Source: the human T2T-CHM13v2.0 reference genome, Homo sapiens
Strand: one strand, 5' to 3'
Assembly: GCF_009914755.1 (NCBI RefSeq)
Contig: NC_060947.1
DNA: 64,000 nucleotides
Shown: positions 42,348-59,299 of the stretch, piece by piece
Layout of the letters: every line of letters starts with the position of its first letter
Position numbering within the stretch: the stretch's first letter is position 1
The notes under the pieces: generated by a model
What the model was told of the DNA's origin: nothing
Seen by the model: the letters and a program-made list of their open reading frames with translations, nothing else
Database searches by the model: none
Position numbers and translations under genes: made by a program

Positions 42348-43081
42348 TGTTACAGGTAGTTAGACAGGCATGAGCAGGGCAGGAGAGAACGCTCCCCTGA
42401 CTCACCAGGAATGTCAGGCAATCATTGGGTGATGGTTCAACAATGATCACATTTCCTCTCTGAAAATGATAATTCAGCAGCCAGCACCAGGGAGAGACAA
42501 TCACGTGATGGTTCACAGCTGTTACATTAAAGTGTTAATTGAATGCAGGCACCAGGGAGAAAAAAGGGCACCAATATGATCTCAGGTATTGGGCAAGTAA
42601 GCCTGGGCATGCGCATTAAGAGACAAAATGGCCGAGTATGACCTTCAGGGTGCACTCCTCAGGAAAAGGGAAGAAAGCCTCAAATGGGCATGTGTACACC
42701 CTAAACACACTGCATGTGCTCACCTCCCAAGCATAAGAAGGGCACTGCACATGTGGGCAGCCCACCCTAAGCAAAGAATCATGGGAAAGGGACACAAGAC
42801 TCCAGAGGGGGGCCAGCATATAAAGTCCTAGGATCAAGGTTAAATGGGGCACATGACCTTCAAGTCACCTGCTTGGATCTCTTTCAAGTGTACTTTCCTT
42901 CTCTAAAGCTTTTTTTTCTTTCTTTTAAATAAATCTGCTCCTGCTCTGAAACTTGCCTTAGTCTCTTTTTCTACCTTATGACCCTTCGTTGAATTTTTTC
43001 TTCTGAGGAGACAAGAATTGAGGTTGCTGCAGACTTGTATGGTTTTGCCACTGGTAACTCGGATACTTTCCACCCCTAACA
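42348..43081 (+). mobile_element. MER50-like ERV1 solo LTR
   Basis: TGTTACAGGTAGTTAGACAGGCATGAGCAGGGCAGGAGAG...CTAACA. Confidence 0.82.
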
Positions 43082-43257
43082 ATTACTTTCACTTACCTAC
43101 CATAAAATGTGCCAACTAGTGGCTGGCATAGTTCAAAACTGAAAGATAAACTATGCACCTGTGAGGAAAAGAAGGAAAAATGGGCATGAAATGAATGGAC
43201 TCCTTCAGTACTATGAAAAGAATTTGAAATTTTTCATCACGGCACTATTAACATCTG

Positions 43258-43952
43258 TATGAAAGGAAAATAAATCTCGGGACTCTCAAATCACTAAGCC
43301 AAGGGAAAAGTCAAACTGACAACTACGTCACACAAACCTGCCTCCCATTTTATTCCTAAATAAGATAGCTATGAAGATATTTATTCCTAAATAAGATAGC
43401 TACAAAGATATTTATTCCTAAATAAGATAGCTACAAAGATACTTATTCCTAAATAAGATAGCTACGAAGATAAAAAGCTACCTACTTCCCTCACAATTTG
43501 CCTGCCAGGAAATTCCTTGTGGACAAAGGACAGACAGAACTCAAAGTCATCCCTCTGAGGCTCACCTGAGAGAAATGCACATCTGATTACTTCCTCCGCC
43601 CTACTATTTGGGTAAAAATGCTGATTGACTGAGTCAGACTAAATTGTGTATTCAGTGGAATACACAATTTAGTGGCTGATCAGGACTCAAAAGAATGCAA
43701 CCTTTTGTCTCTTATCTACTTATTACCTGGAAGCCCCCACCTCAAGTTGTCCCACCTTACCAGGCTGAACCAATGTACATCTTACACAAATTTACTGATG
43801 TCTCCCTAAAATGTATAGAAGCAAGCTGCACCCCGACCACCTTGGGCACATGTCATTAGGACCTCCTGAGACTGTCACAGGTACATTTTTAATCTTGGCA
43901 AAATAAACTTTCTAAATTGACTGAGACCTGTCTCAGATATTTGGGGTTCACA
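43258..43952 (+). mobile_element. MER4A-like solo LTR
   Basis: TATGAAAGGAAAATAAATCTCGGGAC...TTGGGGTTCACA; perfect 4-bp TSD TCTG. Confidence 0.9.
43349..43472. repeat. 31-bp x4 minisatellite inside the MER4A LTR
   Basis: TTTATTCCTAAATAAGATAGCTA(C/T)(A/G)AAGATA; TATTCC anchors at 43351, 43382, 43413, 43444. Confidence 0.96.
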
Positions 43953-44537
43953 TCTGAAACATTTGAAAGTTGAATGATGCTTCATTCCGCAAAGAAGAAC
44001 TTATTAGCTATCATTTAAATAAGTGTGAGGACTAAAATAGAATCTGAATCCAAATTAAGGACAAGCAAATGGCAGAGAAAACAACCATCAATTAATTAGA
44101 AGAGGGTAATGAGATAATTAAGACCTCAGTGAGGTCACTTTTTAACAAAATGATATTATTTAATAAAACATAATCTAAAGTTCTCATACATTATAGCTTT
44201 CTAAAGATTCTAAAGTAAAGGTAAAGGAAAAGTGAGTAAATTTAATTTGACACTAAAGGCAAAAAAAAAATAGATGTCATACATGAAAAAGAGAATAGGC
44301 ACATTGTGATGTAATGGCATCCAGACGCTATGATAGTAAAGGTCAGGAATAATAAATTTTTAATTTCTGGGCTAATTCTTTAATAAATAACATCAACTAG
44401 CACTCAACACCCTGCAAACAATTTAAACATTGAGCTTGAGTGTAAATGATTGGTTTTCGATGATTAGAGTGTCCTCATATTCATCCCAATGATCATTAAA
44501 ATATGTATATATTTTTAAAAAGTACTTGAGGTTTACT

Positions 44538-45227
44538 TGTTAGCAGTGGCGAATCTCTATGGGTCTGCAACAACCTCAATTCTTGCCTCCTCAGAAGAAA
44601 GGATTCAACCGAGGAGCATAAGACAGAGGGAGAGATCAAGGCAAGTTTTAGAACAGGAGTGAAAATTTATTAAGAAGTTTTAGAGCAGGAACAAAAGGAA
44701 GTAAAGTACACTTGGAAGAGAGCCACACAGGTGACTTGAGAAATTTAGGAGCATGGAGTTTTATACGTTGGCATGCTTCCAGGGTCTTGTGTTGCTCCTT
44801 CCCTGATTCTTTCCTTGGGGTGGGCTGTTCACACGTACAGTGGCCTGCCAGCACTTGGGAGGTGTCGCACACACAGTATGTTTACTGAAGTTGGGCACAT
44901 GTTCACTTGAAGTGTTTTTCCCTTACCAGTTCCTAGAGGAAGGCCATATACCAGTTGAACTCTGGCATTTTACCTCTTAGTGCACATGCTTAAGCCCACT
45001 GTCCCAGCTCCTGAGATCTTATCAGGAAGCTGCTGGTCACCAGTTTCAGGTGTTTTCTATCTATTGGGAGCCTGCCAGTCTCTGGTGTGGGCTGCAACCA
45101 ATTATTATTTCAGAGAGACAGTTTAACAACCACCTGACCATCTCCTGATGGTCACCTGATATTCCTGATGGGTAAGAGGGGGCCCTCTCCTCCCCTGCTT
45201 ATGTCTGCATAATTACCTACTGTAACA
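44538..45227 (-). mobile_element. MER50-like ERV1 solo LTR
   Basis: TGTTAGCAGTGGCGAATC...CCTCAATTCTTGCCTCCTCAGAAG...ACCTACTGTAACA; reverse-complement relative of 42348-43081. Confidence 0.82.
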
Positions 45228-47740
45228 GACTGTGATGGATGATTTAGAATATACAAATCATCAGGGTCTTTGGAAACTAGAAGTATGCAAAGAAAAATCA
45301 ACTAGGTTAACCATAAGATGTAACTGATAATTTATTTTGTAAATATAAATACCAAATATAATACATACCCTGAGTAATACAAAATCACACATACACATGT
45401 TCTATTTGAATGGCATTTATCAAATATTTCTCATATTCTTAATATTTGTTATGTTCAAAGATTCCCATTGCTACAAGTCTCCATTGCATTTCCCCAGTTC
45501 ATTTCTTTCTCAGCTCTGGATACTTTTCCCTCTATGTCCATGAAATTTAAAGGGAGTCCATCTTTAGGTTCACTTAAGGCATTAATTCTCACAAAATAGT
45601 TCTGCAAGGAATATTTAATCTTTGTTTCAATAAATTGCATTTCATGAACCTGGACCTTCAGGATTGCCTACAGACACTATCAAAATAATAATTTTGTTAA
45701 ATTAACAAATGCCAATATTTGTGTGATGTATACATGTGTGTATCTGTGTATATATATTATAGTTATGTACCTACATAACTAGTACAAGTGCCAATTTGAA
45801 CCTCTACTCTGACATTTAGTAACAAGAGGTGTGGGATATTGGGCAATTTTTTAAATGTTTCTGTGCTTGATTTTTTTTTAAATGAGGATGCAAATAAGAT
45901 TATAATGAGAATTAAATATGAAAATGTACATAAAGTACATGTTCCTTACATTTGGCATATAGTAGATGTTACATAAGTATCAATATGTAAATATAATGTG
46001 TTTACCATGTGTATATGCATATACATATATGTAACAAACACAAACATGCACTTATAAAAGAAATGGAAAGAAATAAATGAATATATTAACTCTACTGTGT
46101 TTATCTGATGAGAGTTTGTATTTTTCATCATATTTGGATACAAATTTCAAATTTTCAATTATGTGCTGATCTCTCAGGTACAGTCAGAAAAAAATGATAA
46201 ATATTTGTTCGTTCACTTGGAAAACTGGTTTTAATCTGACACATTAGAGTTCAAGTGATTATCAGAAATAATTTCTTCATAATGAGAGCTTTAAATACTA
46301 GAATAGGCTACTAGTTGTGTGAAAGTGTTTTTTGGACACCTTAATACTTTTCACTTTTTTAAGGTTAATTTAAGAGAGAAGAATAGACCTCAGATTTTTC
46401 AAGCCCTGACAGCAAGCCCGATGGTTCTATGATTATATGGAAGTCAAATCCTATTATCAAAGGTGTGCTTCATAATCAAAATATAAGAAGCATGACCACT
46501 AGTGTACCTGGAAAACTGGTGGGCTTTTCCTTAAGGGATTTTTTTTTCTGTGATTTCGTTGATAATATGGATGTAGATGAGCATTTTTTTTCTTATATTT
46601 AACTTAAATTGGCTATACTTCCAAACGTGACTATTCATATTTGATCAAATACATATATGAATTTACATATAAATATATATACACAACCACAGTCTAAAGA
46701 CAAAAATCATCCATGTTGACTCCAAGAGCTCCAACTGATTCTTTTTTTCATATTTAATATTACATTATATAATTGTAGCACATTCTCCACATTAAGGACA
46801 CTTTTTTTGTATCACAAAGTGCTGCTAGAAGCATTCTAATACATTTTTCACGTGCCTAAATGCAATAATTAGAATACATACCCCAAAGTGAAGTTAATAT
46901 TCCATAGAAAATTTGTATATTCAAATGAGCATGTTAATGATAAATGGCTCTGGAAAATGTTTGTATCAATTTACTCACCACCAACAATACTCCTTATCAA
47001 CATCTCTTATTAGTAGACTCTAGCCATTTAGGTCTCTTTCTTGCCAAATAACTGCTCATTTTTAGTCCACCTTTTGCTATAAAATTGTCTTTTTTCTGAA
47101 TTGATTTTTAGTTTTGTATATATTCTAAATATCAATGCATTGTTACATATATTCATTTAAAATATTTTTCCACAATGACATCTTTCATGTTATTCAGCTT
47201 TATAAAATCTTTCATTAAAAAATTATACTCACAAAATGTTGCTGAAGAGTATTGTGTTGCCATTACCAAGCTTTTCCTAAAACCCAGCTTCCTCCAGTGA
47301 TGTGCACGTCATCTAGTTTCCCCAATAGTAACACCTTATGTTACTATAGTACATTATCCAAACCAGGAAATTGACATTGACACAATAAAATAACTACACT
47401 AGAAACTGTACATGTGCTTCATCAGTTTTTGCATACCTTCTTGTTTTGGGTATGTCTTTTTGTATAATTCTACAAATTTTGTATAGATTCACATATATAT
47501 GTGTCTACAGATTATATCTGTATGGATTCATAGAACTCCTACCACATTCAAAATACAGAACTTGTCAATTGCTAAAAGGAAGCTTACTTGTACTATCAAT
47601 TTATAGTAACATACACTCCTTCCTATTTCACAAATCCCTGGCAAAAACCGATCTGTCCTTCATCTAAAATTATGTCTTATCAAACATGTTATATATATAT
47701 TGAATCATATAGTGTGTAACCTTTAATCATTTATGTTGAA

Positions 47741-47806
47741 ATAAATAAATATTTCCTAGAACTTGCAAAGATAAGTATAAATAAATATTTCCTAGAACTT
47801 GCAAAG
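47741..47806. repeat. Perfect 30-bp direct duplication with 6-bp spacer
   Basis: ATAAATAAATATTTCCTAGAACTTGCAAAG at 47741-47770 and 47777-47806. Confidence 0.95.
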
Positions 47807-48189
47807 TGAAGTGGTTTTGTTTTTAGAATTCTGCCTACCAAGTTAGTGTTTGTATACTACATCATATTCCATATTTTTATTTTTAAATTGCTGTCATTAT
47901 TTTTTGCCTATGTCATTATTTTATCCAGCACATAGTTACATCATATTAATTTTATCCATCTGTCAATCTTTTTCAATTAGTGCACTTAGAACATTCATAT
48001 TTCACATAATTATTCATACCTTAAGATTATGTCTGACACTTTATTTGCTGTTCTGTTTATTCCCACTGCTTTTCTTTCTGTTTCCCTTTTCCTCACTTTC
48101 TGCAGACTACTAGACCTTTAAATTTTATCTATAACTTTTAGTATATCTCTTCTTTTACTTTTGAAATTTATTTAAAATTATGCTTTATG

Positions 48190-49490
<1,301 letters not shown>

Positions 49491-49500
49491 CTTTCTAGGG

Positions 49501-49673
49501 TGTATAGTTTCCTAGGACTACCGTGACAAAATAGCACACATTTGATGGCTAAAAACAACAGAAATTTATTCAAGTTCTGGAGGCTAGACGACCAAAATCA
49601 AGGTGTCAGCAGTGTTGGTTCCTTCTGGAGACTCTAAGAGAGAATCTATTCCATTTTTCTTTTCTAGCTTCTG
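49501..49673 (-). mobile_element. MLT1 LTR fragment
   Basis: TGTATAGTTTCCTAGGACT...AACAACAGAAATTTATT...AAATCAAGGTGTCAGCAG. Confidence 0.8.
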
Positions 49674-50389
49674 ACTTATATCACAAGTTCTTAACTACTA
49701 TGGATTTTTAGTAATTCGAAACATCTGATAGAGTAAAGCACATTTTGTTCTTTTTTTTTTAAGGGGATATGGGACAGTTTTGACCATTTGCAAATTAATT
49801 TAAATTTTATAATCAGCTTGTCAAGCCTGACAATGTAACATATACACAGATACACAAAAACCTTTAGGGTTTTATTTATGGGAGAAAAATTACAATCATC
49901 TATAGTTTGAATTTGAAAAGAATTAACATGTTTATAATGTTGAATCTTCTAGCTACCAACATATAATATTCCTCTATTTAGTTAGGCCTTGATTGACTTA
50001 TACATAGTAGCTGTGTAATTTTTCCATTGAGTTGTTACAGTTTTTATATTCCATTGAGTTGTATTTACTTTTAGGTACCAGGTATTTTGTTATGGTAGTT
50101 TACAAATGATATTTAATTTCATTTTCATACTGTTTGTTACCACAGAACCAAAGTGTATGTTTGTACGTTAATCTTATTGTCAGAAACTTTATAAACAATT
50201 TTATTGATTAGTTTATCATTAGATTTTCCTCATAAATTCTAATCCTCTGTTAATAATACCAGCTTTGTTTCTTATTTTCCAAGAATAAGCCCTTTGATTT
50301 CATCTGTTTCCCATTACTTTCCTAATGTAGTATCTTCATTAAAATATTGACTAGAAATGATGATTGCAGGCATCCTGTTTTCTTCCCAA

Positions 50390-50708
50390 TTTTATTTTCT
50401 TATTTTTATTTATTTATTTATTTTTGAGACGGAGTTTTTCTCTTGTTACCCAGCCTGGAGTGCAATGGCAGCAATGTCGGGTTACTGCAATCTCCCCCTC
50501 CCGGGTTCAGGTGATTTTCCTGCCTCGGCCTCCAGAGTAGCTGGAATTACAGGTGCCCACCACCACGCCGGGTAATATTTGTATTTTTAATAGAGACAGG
50601 GTTTTGCCATGTTGGCCAGGCTAATCTCAAACTCCTGACTTTGGGTGATCCGCATGCCTCAGCCTCCCAAAGTGCTGAGATTATAGGCATGAGCCACTGC
50701 ACCTGGCC
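50390..50708 (-). mobile_element. AluS
   Basis: Antisense Alu; TSD TTC(T/C)TCCCAATTTT. Confidence 0.95.
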
Positions 50709-51433
50709 TTCCTCCCAATTTTAAAATAAAACTCTCAGTGTCTCTATATTGAGTATATTTACTATAGATGTTTTGTAAATATCCTTTACCTAATTTGATA
50801 ACATATCATTTATCATAAACACTAATTTTTATAAACCAGTTTAAAAACTTTGATATAATTTAAATTTTTTTTTGTTAATGTGGTATTCTCTTCTGTTATG
50901 TAAGTATGAAAGCTTTCAGAGTAAAAAATTTAAAAGTATGTTTCTAACCCGCCAGGAATTGATTTTCGTGTTAAATGTGAAGGAGAGTTTCAGTCATATT
51001 TTGTTTTTAATATGGATATCAAATTGTTCCATTGTCATTTCTTAGTAAAAACACTGTTCTTTCCCCCATTTATTTGTAGTGGCATATTTTTAACAAATCA
51101 GGAGACCTTGTATAACAGGTATGTTTTGACACTCTCTATTCAGTTTCTTTGGTCTACGCGACTATGCCTGCATCTTTACTAAAAACTGTTATTTACTATA
51201 TGTTTTAATAATCCTTAATATCATATCTTCTTTTTCTTTCTCAAGTGTATACTGTCTGTTCTTAGCCATTTGCAAGTCTATTTATATTTTAGAATCAGCT
51301 TGTGAAGTTTGACACACATATGCACATATACACAGTCATTCACGAACAACAACTACGTGACTTTATTGCAAGAAAAGGATTATACTCATCAGTAGAAAAA
51401 ATTTGGGGAGAATTAACATGTTTACAATATTGA

Positions 51434-51830
<397 letters not shown>

Positions 51831-53291
51831 TAGAATTTTTATACTTTACAAATTATATTTACTTTTAGGAACTGGGTATTTTGTTATTGTAACTTACAAG
51901 TTATATTTTATTTAATTTAATCTTCATGCTATCAATTGGTACAGAAAAAAGAGTATTTTTGCATATTAATATTATACCCAGGAACCTTTAAAAATACTTT
52001 TATTGCTTTAATAGTTTTTCTTTAGTAGATTTTCCTCATATACATTCTATTCATGTTTAATGACAGAAACACTGTTCCTTATTTTCCAATCCCAATCTCT
52101 TTGATTGCCTCTGTTTCCCATTACTTTATTATCTTCATTACAATAAAGAATAGAAATGGTGATAACAGGAATCTTTGCCTACTTCTCAATTTTAATGTAA
52201 AAGTTTTTAATATTTTTACATGAAGTATGATTTTTACTGTAGGGCTCTTTTGTAGATGTCCTTGATCTAGTTTAAGAAAATATATTTTTTATAATGAATG
52301 AGTGATGACTATTTTTATGAACGATTTTTTCTCTAAATTTGCATATAATTTTTGTCATTTAATCTGTTAAGTGGTATGCCAATACTGAACCTATTTGTCT
52401 CAGATCCATTCTTTACCCTTGCTCTGCTCTTTCTCTACTATACAGAGCCTCTCAATCCCTAGGCTCCCCCACATCTGAATGCCAACTGGGTTCTGCAACA
52501 GGAGGCAACAGTAGGAGATTAGAGTACACAGAAATCGGAGGGGTCAGCAATTTTCTCCTTCTTGCTCTAGTTACATGAAATATATATATAATATCATTTT
52601 ATAAATATTAATTACAAAAAGCAGAAATTATTATATTCAATGATATTATACAAAATATAGGTGCAGAAGAGATTCAAATATAAAATAACTGTATACCATT
52701 ATCTCAGAATAACCAACTGGTGGATAAGGAAAGGTTTGTACCTATAGTAGAATTTCAGTTAGTAAGCTAGGAATGAATAATAGAATGAGATAATTATCCT
52801 TGTATAGCCCCTAATATTATAGATAATGGATAAAAGTCATGATCTTCAGCACTGCCAATGTCACCAAAAAGGGAGACCTGTACACAGGCATTGGGTATAC
52901 CCAATGAAAGTACAAAGAATAATCTTTGGAGTGGTTTTGCCAAAGAACAAATTCTTAATCTGAACAAGCTGCTACCATTAACTACTGATGACATGGGAAA
53001 TGTCAAGTATATTGGGTTCATTGTACTATCATTTCTACTATTGCATATGTTTAAGAATTTGTATCATAAACCATTTTACTATAAATATTATGTCCTTCAA
53101 GTTGAAAACCCAAGTGAAATGAACTAATTTTTAGCAAAATCTAAAGGAATAAATAGGTTCATAAAACATACAGAAATATAGTCAAACAACACAAACTGAA
53201 ACTGTAGTCAAAGATCAAGCCATCCTCAAACAGTTTGAAAACCAGTTAGGTTTGAAGGCCAGTTGCACTATCTATTCAGAGGAAAAAAATT

Positions 53292-53578
<287 letters not shown>

Positions 53579-53759
53579 TAGTATCTTATGGAAACTCATC
53601 CAAAAGATCCAAAAAGATTTGAAATTATTCAAAATATTTTTACAAGTGAACATTTTTTGATAGAAAAACCAGATAAAGGTGGTCCAAGTAAAGGGGACTT
53701 GAACCAAGGCTATTCACAATTAGACAATATCCTAACTAAATTAACAGCATATTCAATAT

Positions 53760-57350
<3,591 letters not shown>

Positions 57351-57649
57351 AGGCCCTATCAGGTGCCAAGTTACTGGCACTTCTGGCCATCAACTGATGA
57401 CATTACCCTCCTCAGAACAAAAGGAGCTGTACTGAGCCCAACTACAAGTGTCTACTGTGAACCTGAAAAATTCTCACGTTGGGTTGGCTGGCTGCACCCT
57501 GAGAATTCTCACTTCATCCTTCAGGTTCTTGGTAGACCCAGAAAACACAATATCAGATCTGTGAGGCTCTATAACACTGCTGTCAGGAGAAGTCTATAGG
57601 CAGTGGCTTCCATCAGAGCTACCGCAGTTGAGTTTACCAGCTGAGGACA

Positions 57650-57674
57650 TTTACACCCTTTCTCTCTCCCTTAG
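57650..57674 (+). promoter_or_regulatory. MAGEB16: Splice acceptor of the MAGEB16 coding exon
   Basis: CCCTTTCTCTCTCCCTTAG|GCAGTG; followed by the MAGE-typical leader CACTCCTGCCT...GTCATCATG. Confidence 0.8.
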
Positions 57675-57740
57675 GCAGTGATTCTTCATTGTCTGCCCTC
57701 CTGTCCACACTCCTGCCTACTGCCACCCACAAGGGTCATC

Positions 57741-58556
57741 ATGTCTCAGGATCAGGAGAGTCCACGATGCACACATGATCAGCACCTTCAGACCTTCAGT
57801 GAGACCCAGAGCCTGGAGGTTGCACAGGTCTCCAAGGCTCTGGAGAAGACCTTCCTCTCCTCCTCCCATCCTCTAGTGCCTGGCAAACTGAAGGAAGCTC
57901 CTGCTGCTAAGGCAGAGAGTCCTCTTGAGGTTCCTCAGAGTTTCTGCTCCTCTTCCATTGCCGTCACAACCACCTCATCAAGTGAATCTGATGAGGCTTC
58001 CAGCAATCAAGAAGAGGAAGATAGTCCAAGCTCCTCAGAGGATACATCAGACCCCAGGAATGTGCCCGCAGATGCTCTCGACCAGAAAGTGGCTTTTTTG
58101 GTGAATTTCATGCTGCACAAGTATCAGATGAAAAAGCCAATAACAAAGGCAGATATGTTGAAGATTATCATCAAAGATGATGAGAGCCACTTCTCTGAGA
58201 TCCTCCTGAGAGCTTCTGAGCGCCTAGAGATGATATTTGGCCTTGATGTGGTGGAGGTGGACCCCACCACCCATTGCTATGGCCTCTTCATCAAACTGGG
58301 CCTCACCTATGATGGGATGCTGAGTGGTGAAAAGGGTGTGCCCAAGACTGGCCTCCTGATAATTGTCCTGGGTGTGATCTTCATGAAGGGCAACCGTGCC
58401 ACTGAAGAGGAAGTCTGGGAAGTGCTGAATTTGACGGGAGTATATTCTGGGAAGAAGCACTTCATCTTTGGAGAGCCCAGAGAGCTCATCACCAAAGATT
58501 TTGTGAAGGAGAAGTACCTGGAGTACCAGCAGGTGGCCAACAGTGATCCTGCATGA
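57741..58556 (+). CDS. MAGEB16: MAGE family member B16; this allele ends at codon 272 (271 aa instead of 324)
   Basis: MSQDQESPRCTHDQHLQTFSETQSLEVAQ... with MAGE homology domain (LVNFMLHKYQMKKPITKADML, PKTGLLIIVLGVIFMKGNRATEEEVWEVL, HFIFGEP). ATG in GTCATCATG context; TGA at 58554-58556. Confidence 0.95.
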   Translation: MSQDQESPRCTHDQHLQTFSETQSLEVAQVSKALEKTFLSSSHPLVPGKLKEAPAAKAESPLEVPQSFCSSSIAVTTTSSSESDEASSNQEEEDSPSSSEDTSDPRNVPADALDQKVAFLVNFMLHKYQMKKPITKADMLKIIIKDDESHFSEILLRASERLEMIFGLDVVEVDPTTHCYGLFIKLGLTYDGMLSGEKGVPKTGLLIIVLGVIFMKGNRATEEEVWEVLNLTGVYSGKKHFIFGEPRELITKDFVKEKYLEYQQVANSDPA

Positions 58557-58715
58557 TATGAATTCCTGTGGGGCCCAAGAGCCAAAGCTGAAACCAGCAA
58601 GATGAAAGTCCTGGAGTTTGTGGCCAAAGTTCATGGGTCTTACCCACATTCTTTCCCATCTCAGTATGCGGAAGCTCTGAAAGAGGAAGAAGAGAGAGCT
58701 AGAGCCAGAATTTGA
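58557..58715 (+). other. MAGEB16: Intact in-frame remainder of the MAGEB16 CDS after the premature stop
   Basis: [52 protein letters not shown] (TGA 58713-58715). Confidence 0.95.
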
Positions 58716-59023
58716 GTCAGGGCTGACTGCATTTTCACAGCCACTGTGAGTTCCAGTGCTATGTCTGGTAGCTTCTCCCATACCTAGTGAAGACAAGGAT
58801 AGATGTTTTATGTAACATTTGCAGAAGGCAGTTAGTGTTCAAGGATGCAGGTCCAGGGTGGGGCTGGAGGAAAAATAGTATATATCATCTGTATCCCTAT
58901 TTTGTATGTGTAACTTGACAGTTTATTCTTTTATTTTTTAATGGCTATATTATTCAGATGATGTTTCTTTTAATAGAAGTTTAGATAGTTTCCAGATCTC
59001 TTAAGTTTTGAATAATATTGGTC

Positions 59024-59289
59024 ATCCATTTAATGTTTTTCATGAGGTTTAGTGGCATATGTTTTGCTGATTTTGTAAAACAGATTGGGAAACCATCTAT
59101 ATTGTGTTCTGATATAGGATGACATGACATTACTAAGAACTCTGCTTTTAAATATCCGTTTAATGTTTTGCATGCAGTTTAGTAGCAAAAGTTTTGTTAA
59201 TTTTGTAAAACAGATGAGAAAACCATCCATCTATATTGTGTTCTAGTATAGCATGACATGACATTGCTAAGAACTTTGCTTTAAAATAT
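59024..59289 (+). repeat. ~130-bp tandem duplication in the MAGEB16 3' UTR
   Basis: TAATGTTTT at 59031/59161; both copies share ATTTTGTAAAACAGAT, CCATCTATATTGTGTTCT and ATGACATGACATT.CTAAGAACT. Confidence 0.92.
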
Positions 59290-59293
59290 TTGG

Positions 59294-59299
59294 AATAAA
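59294..59299 (+). terminator. MAGEB16: Candidate polyadenylation signal of MAGEB16
   Basis: First AATAAA after the CDS, followed by T/GT-rich sequence at ~59340-59358. Confidence 0.65.

Noticed and set aside
43349-43472. CRISPR-like appearance of the 31-bp repeats
   Set aside because: No spacers, primate DNA, no cas genes; a simple minisatellite.
57678-57740. GTG-initiated 21-aa N-terminal extension of MAGEB16 in the ORF track
   Set aside because: Artefact of allowing alternative starts; the MAGE-typical start is GTCATCATG at 57741.
58224-58796. 190-aa antisense ORF over MAGEB16
   Set aside because: Shadow frame of the sense CDS; no recognisable domain or independent signals.
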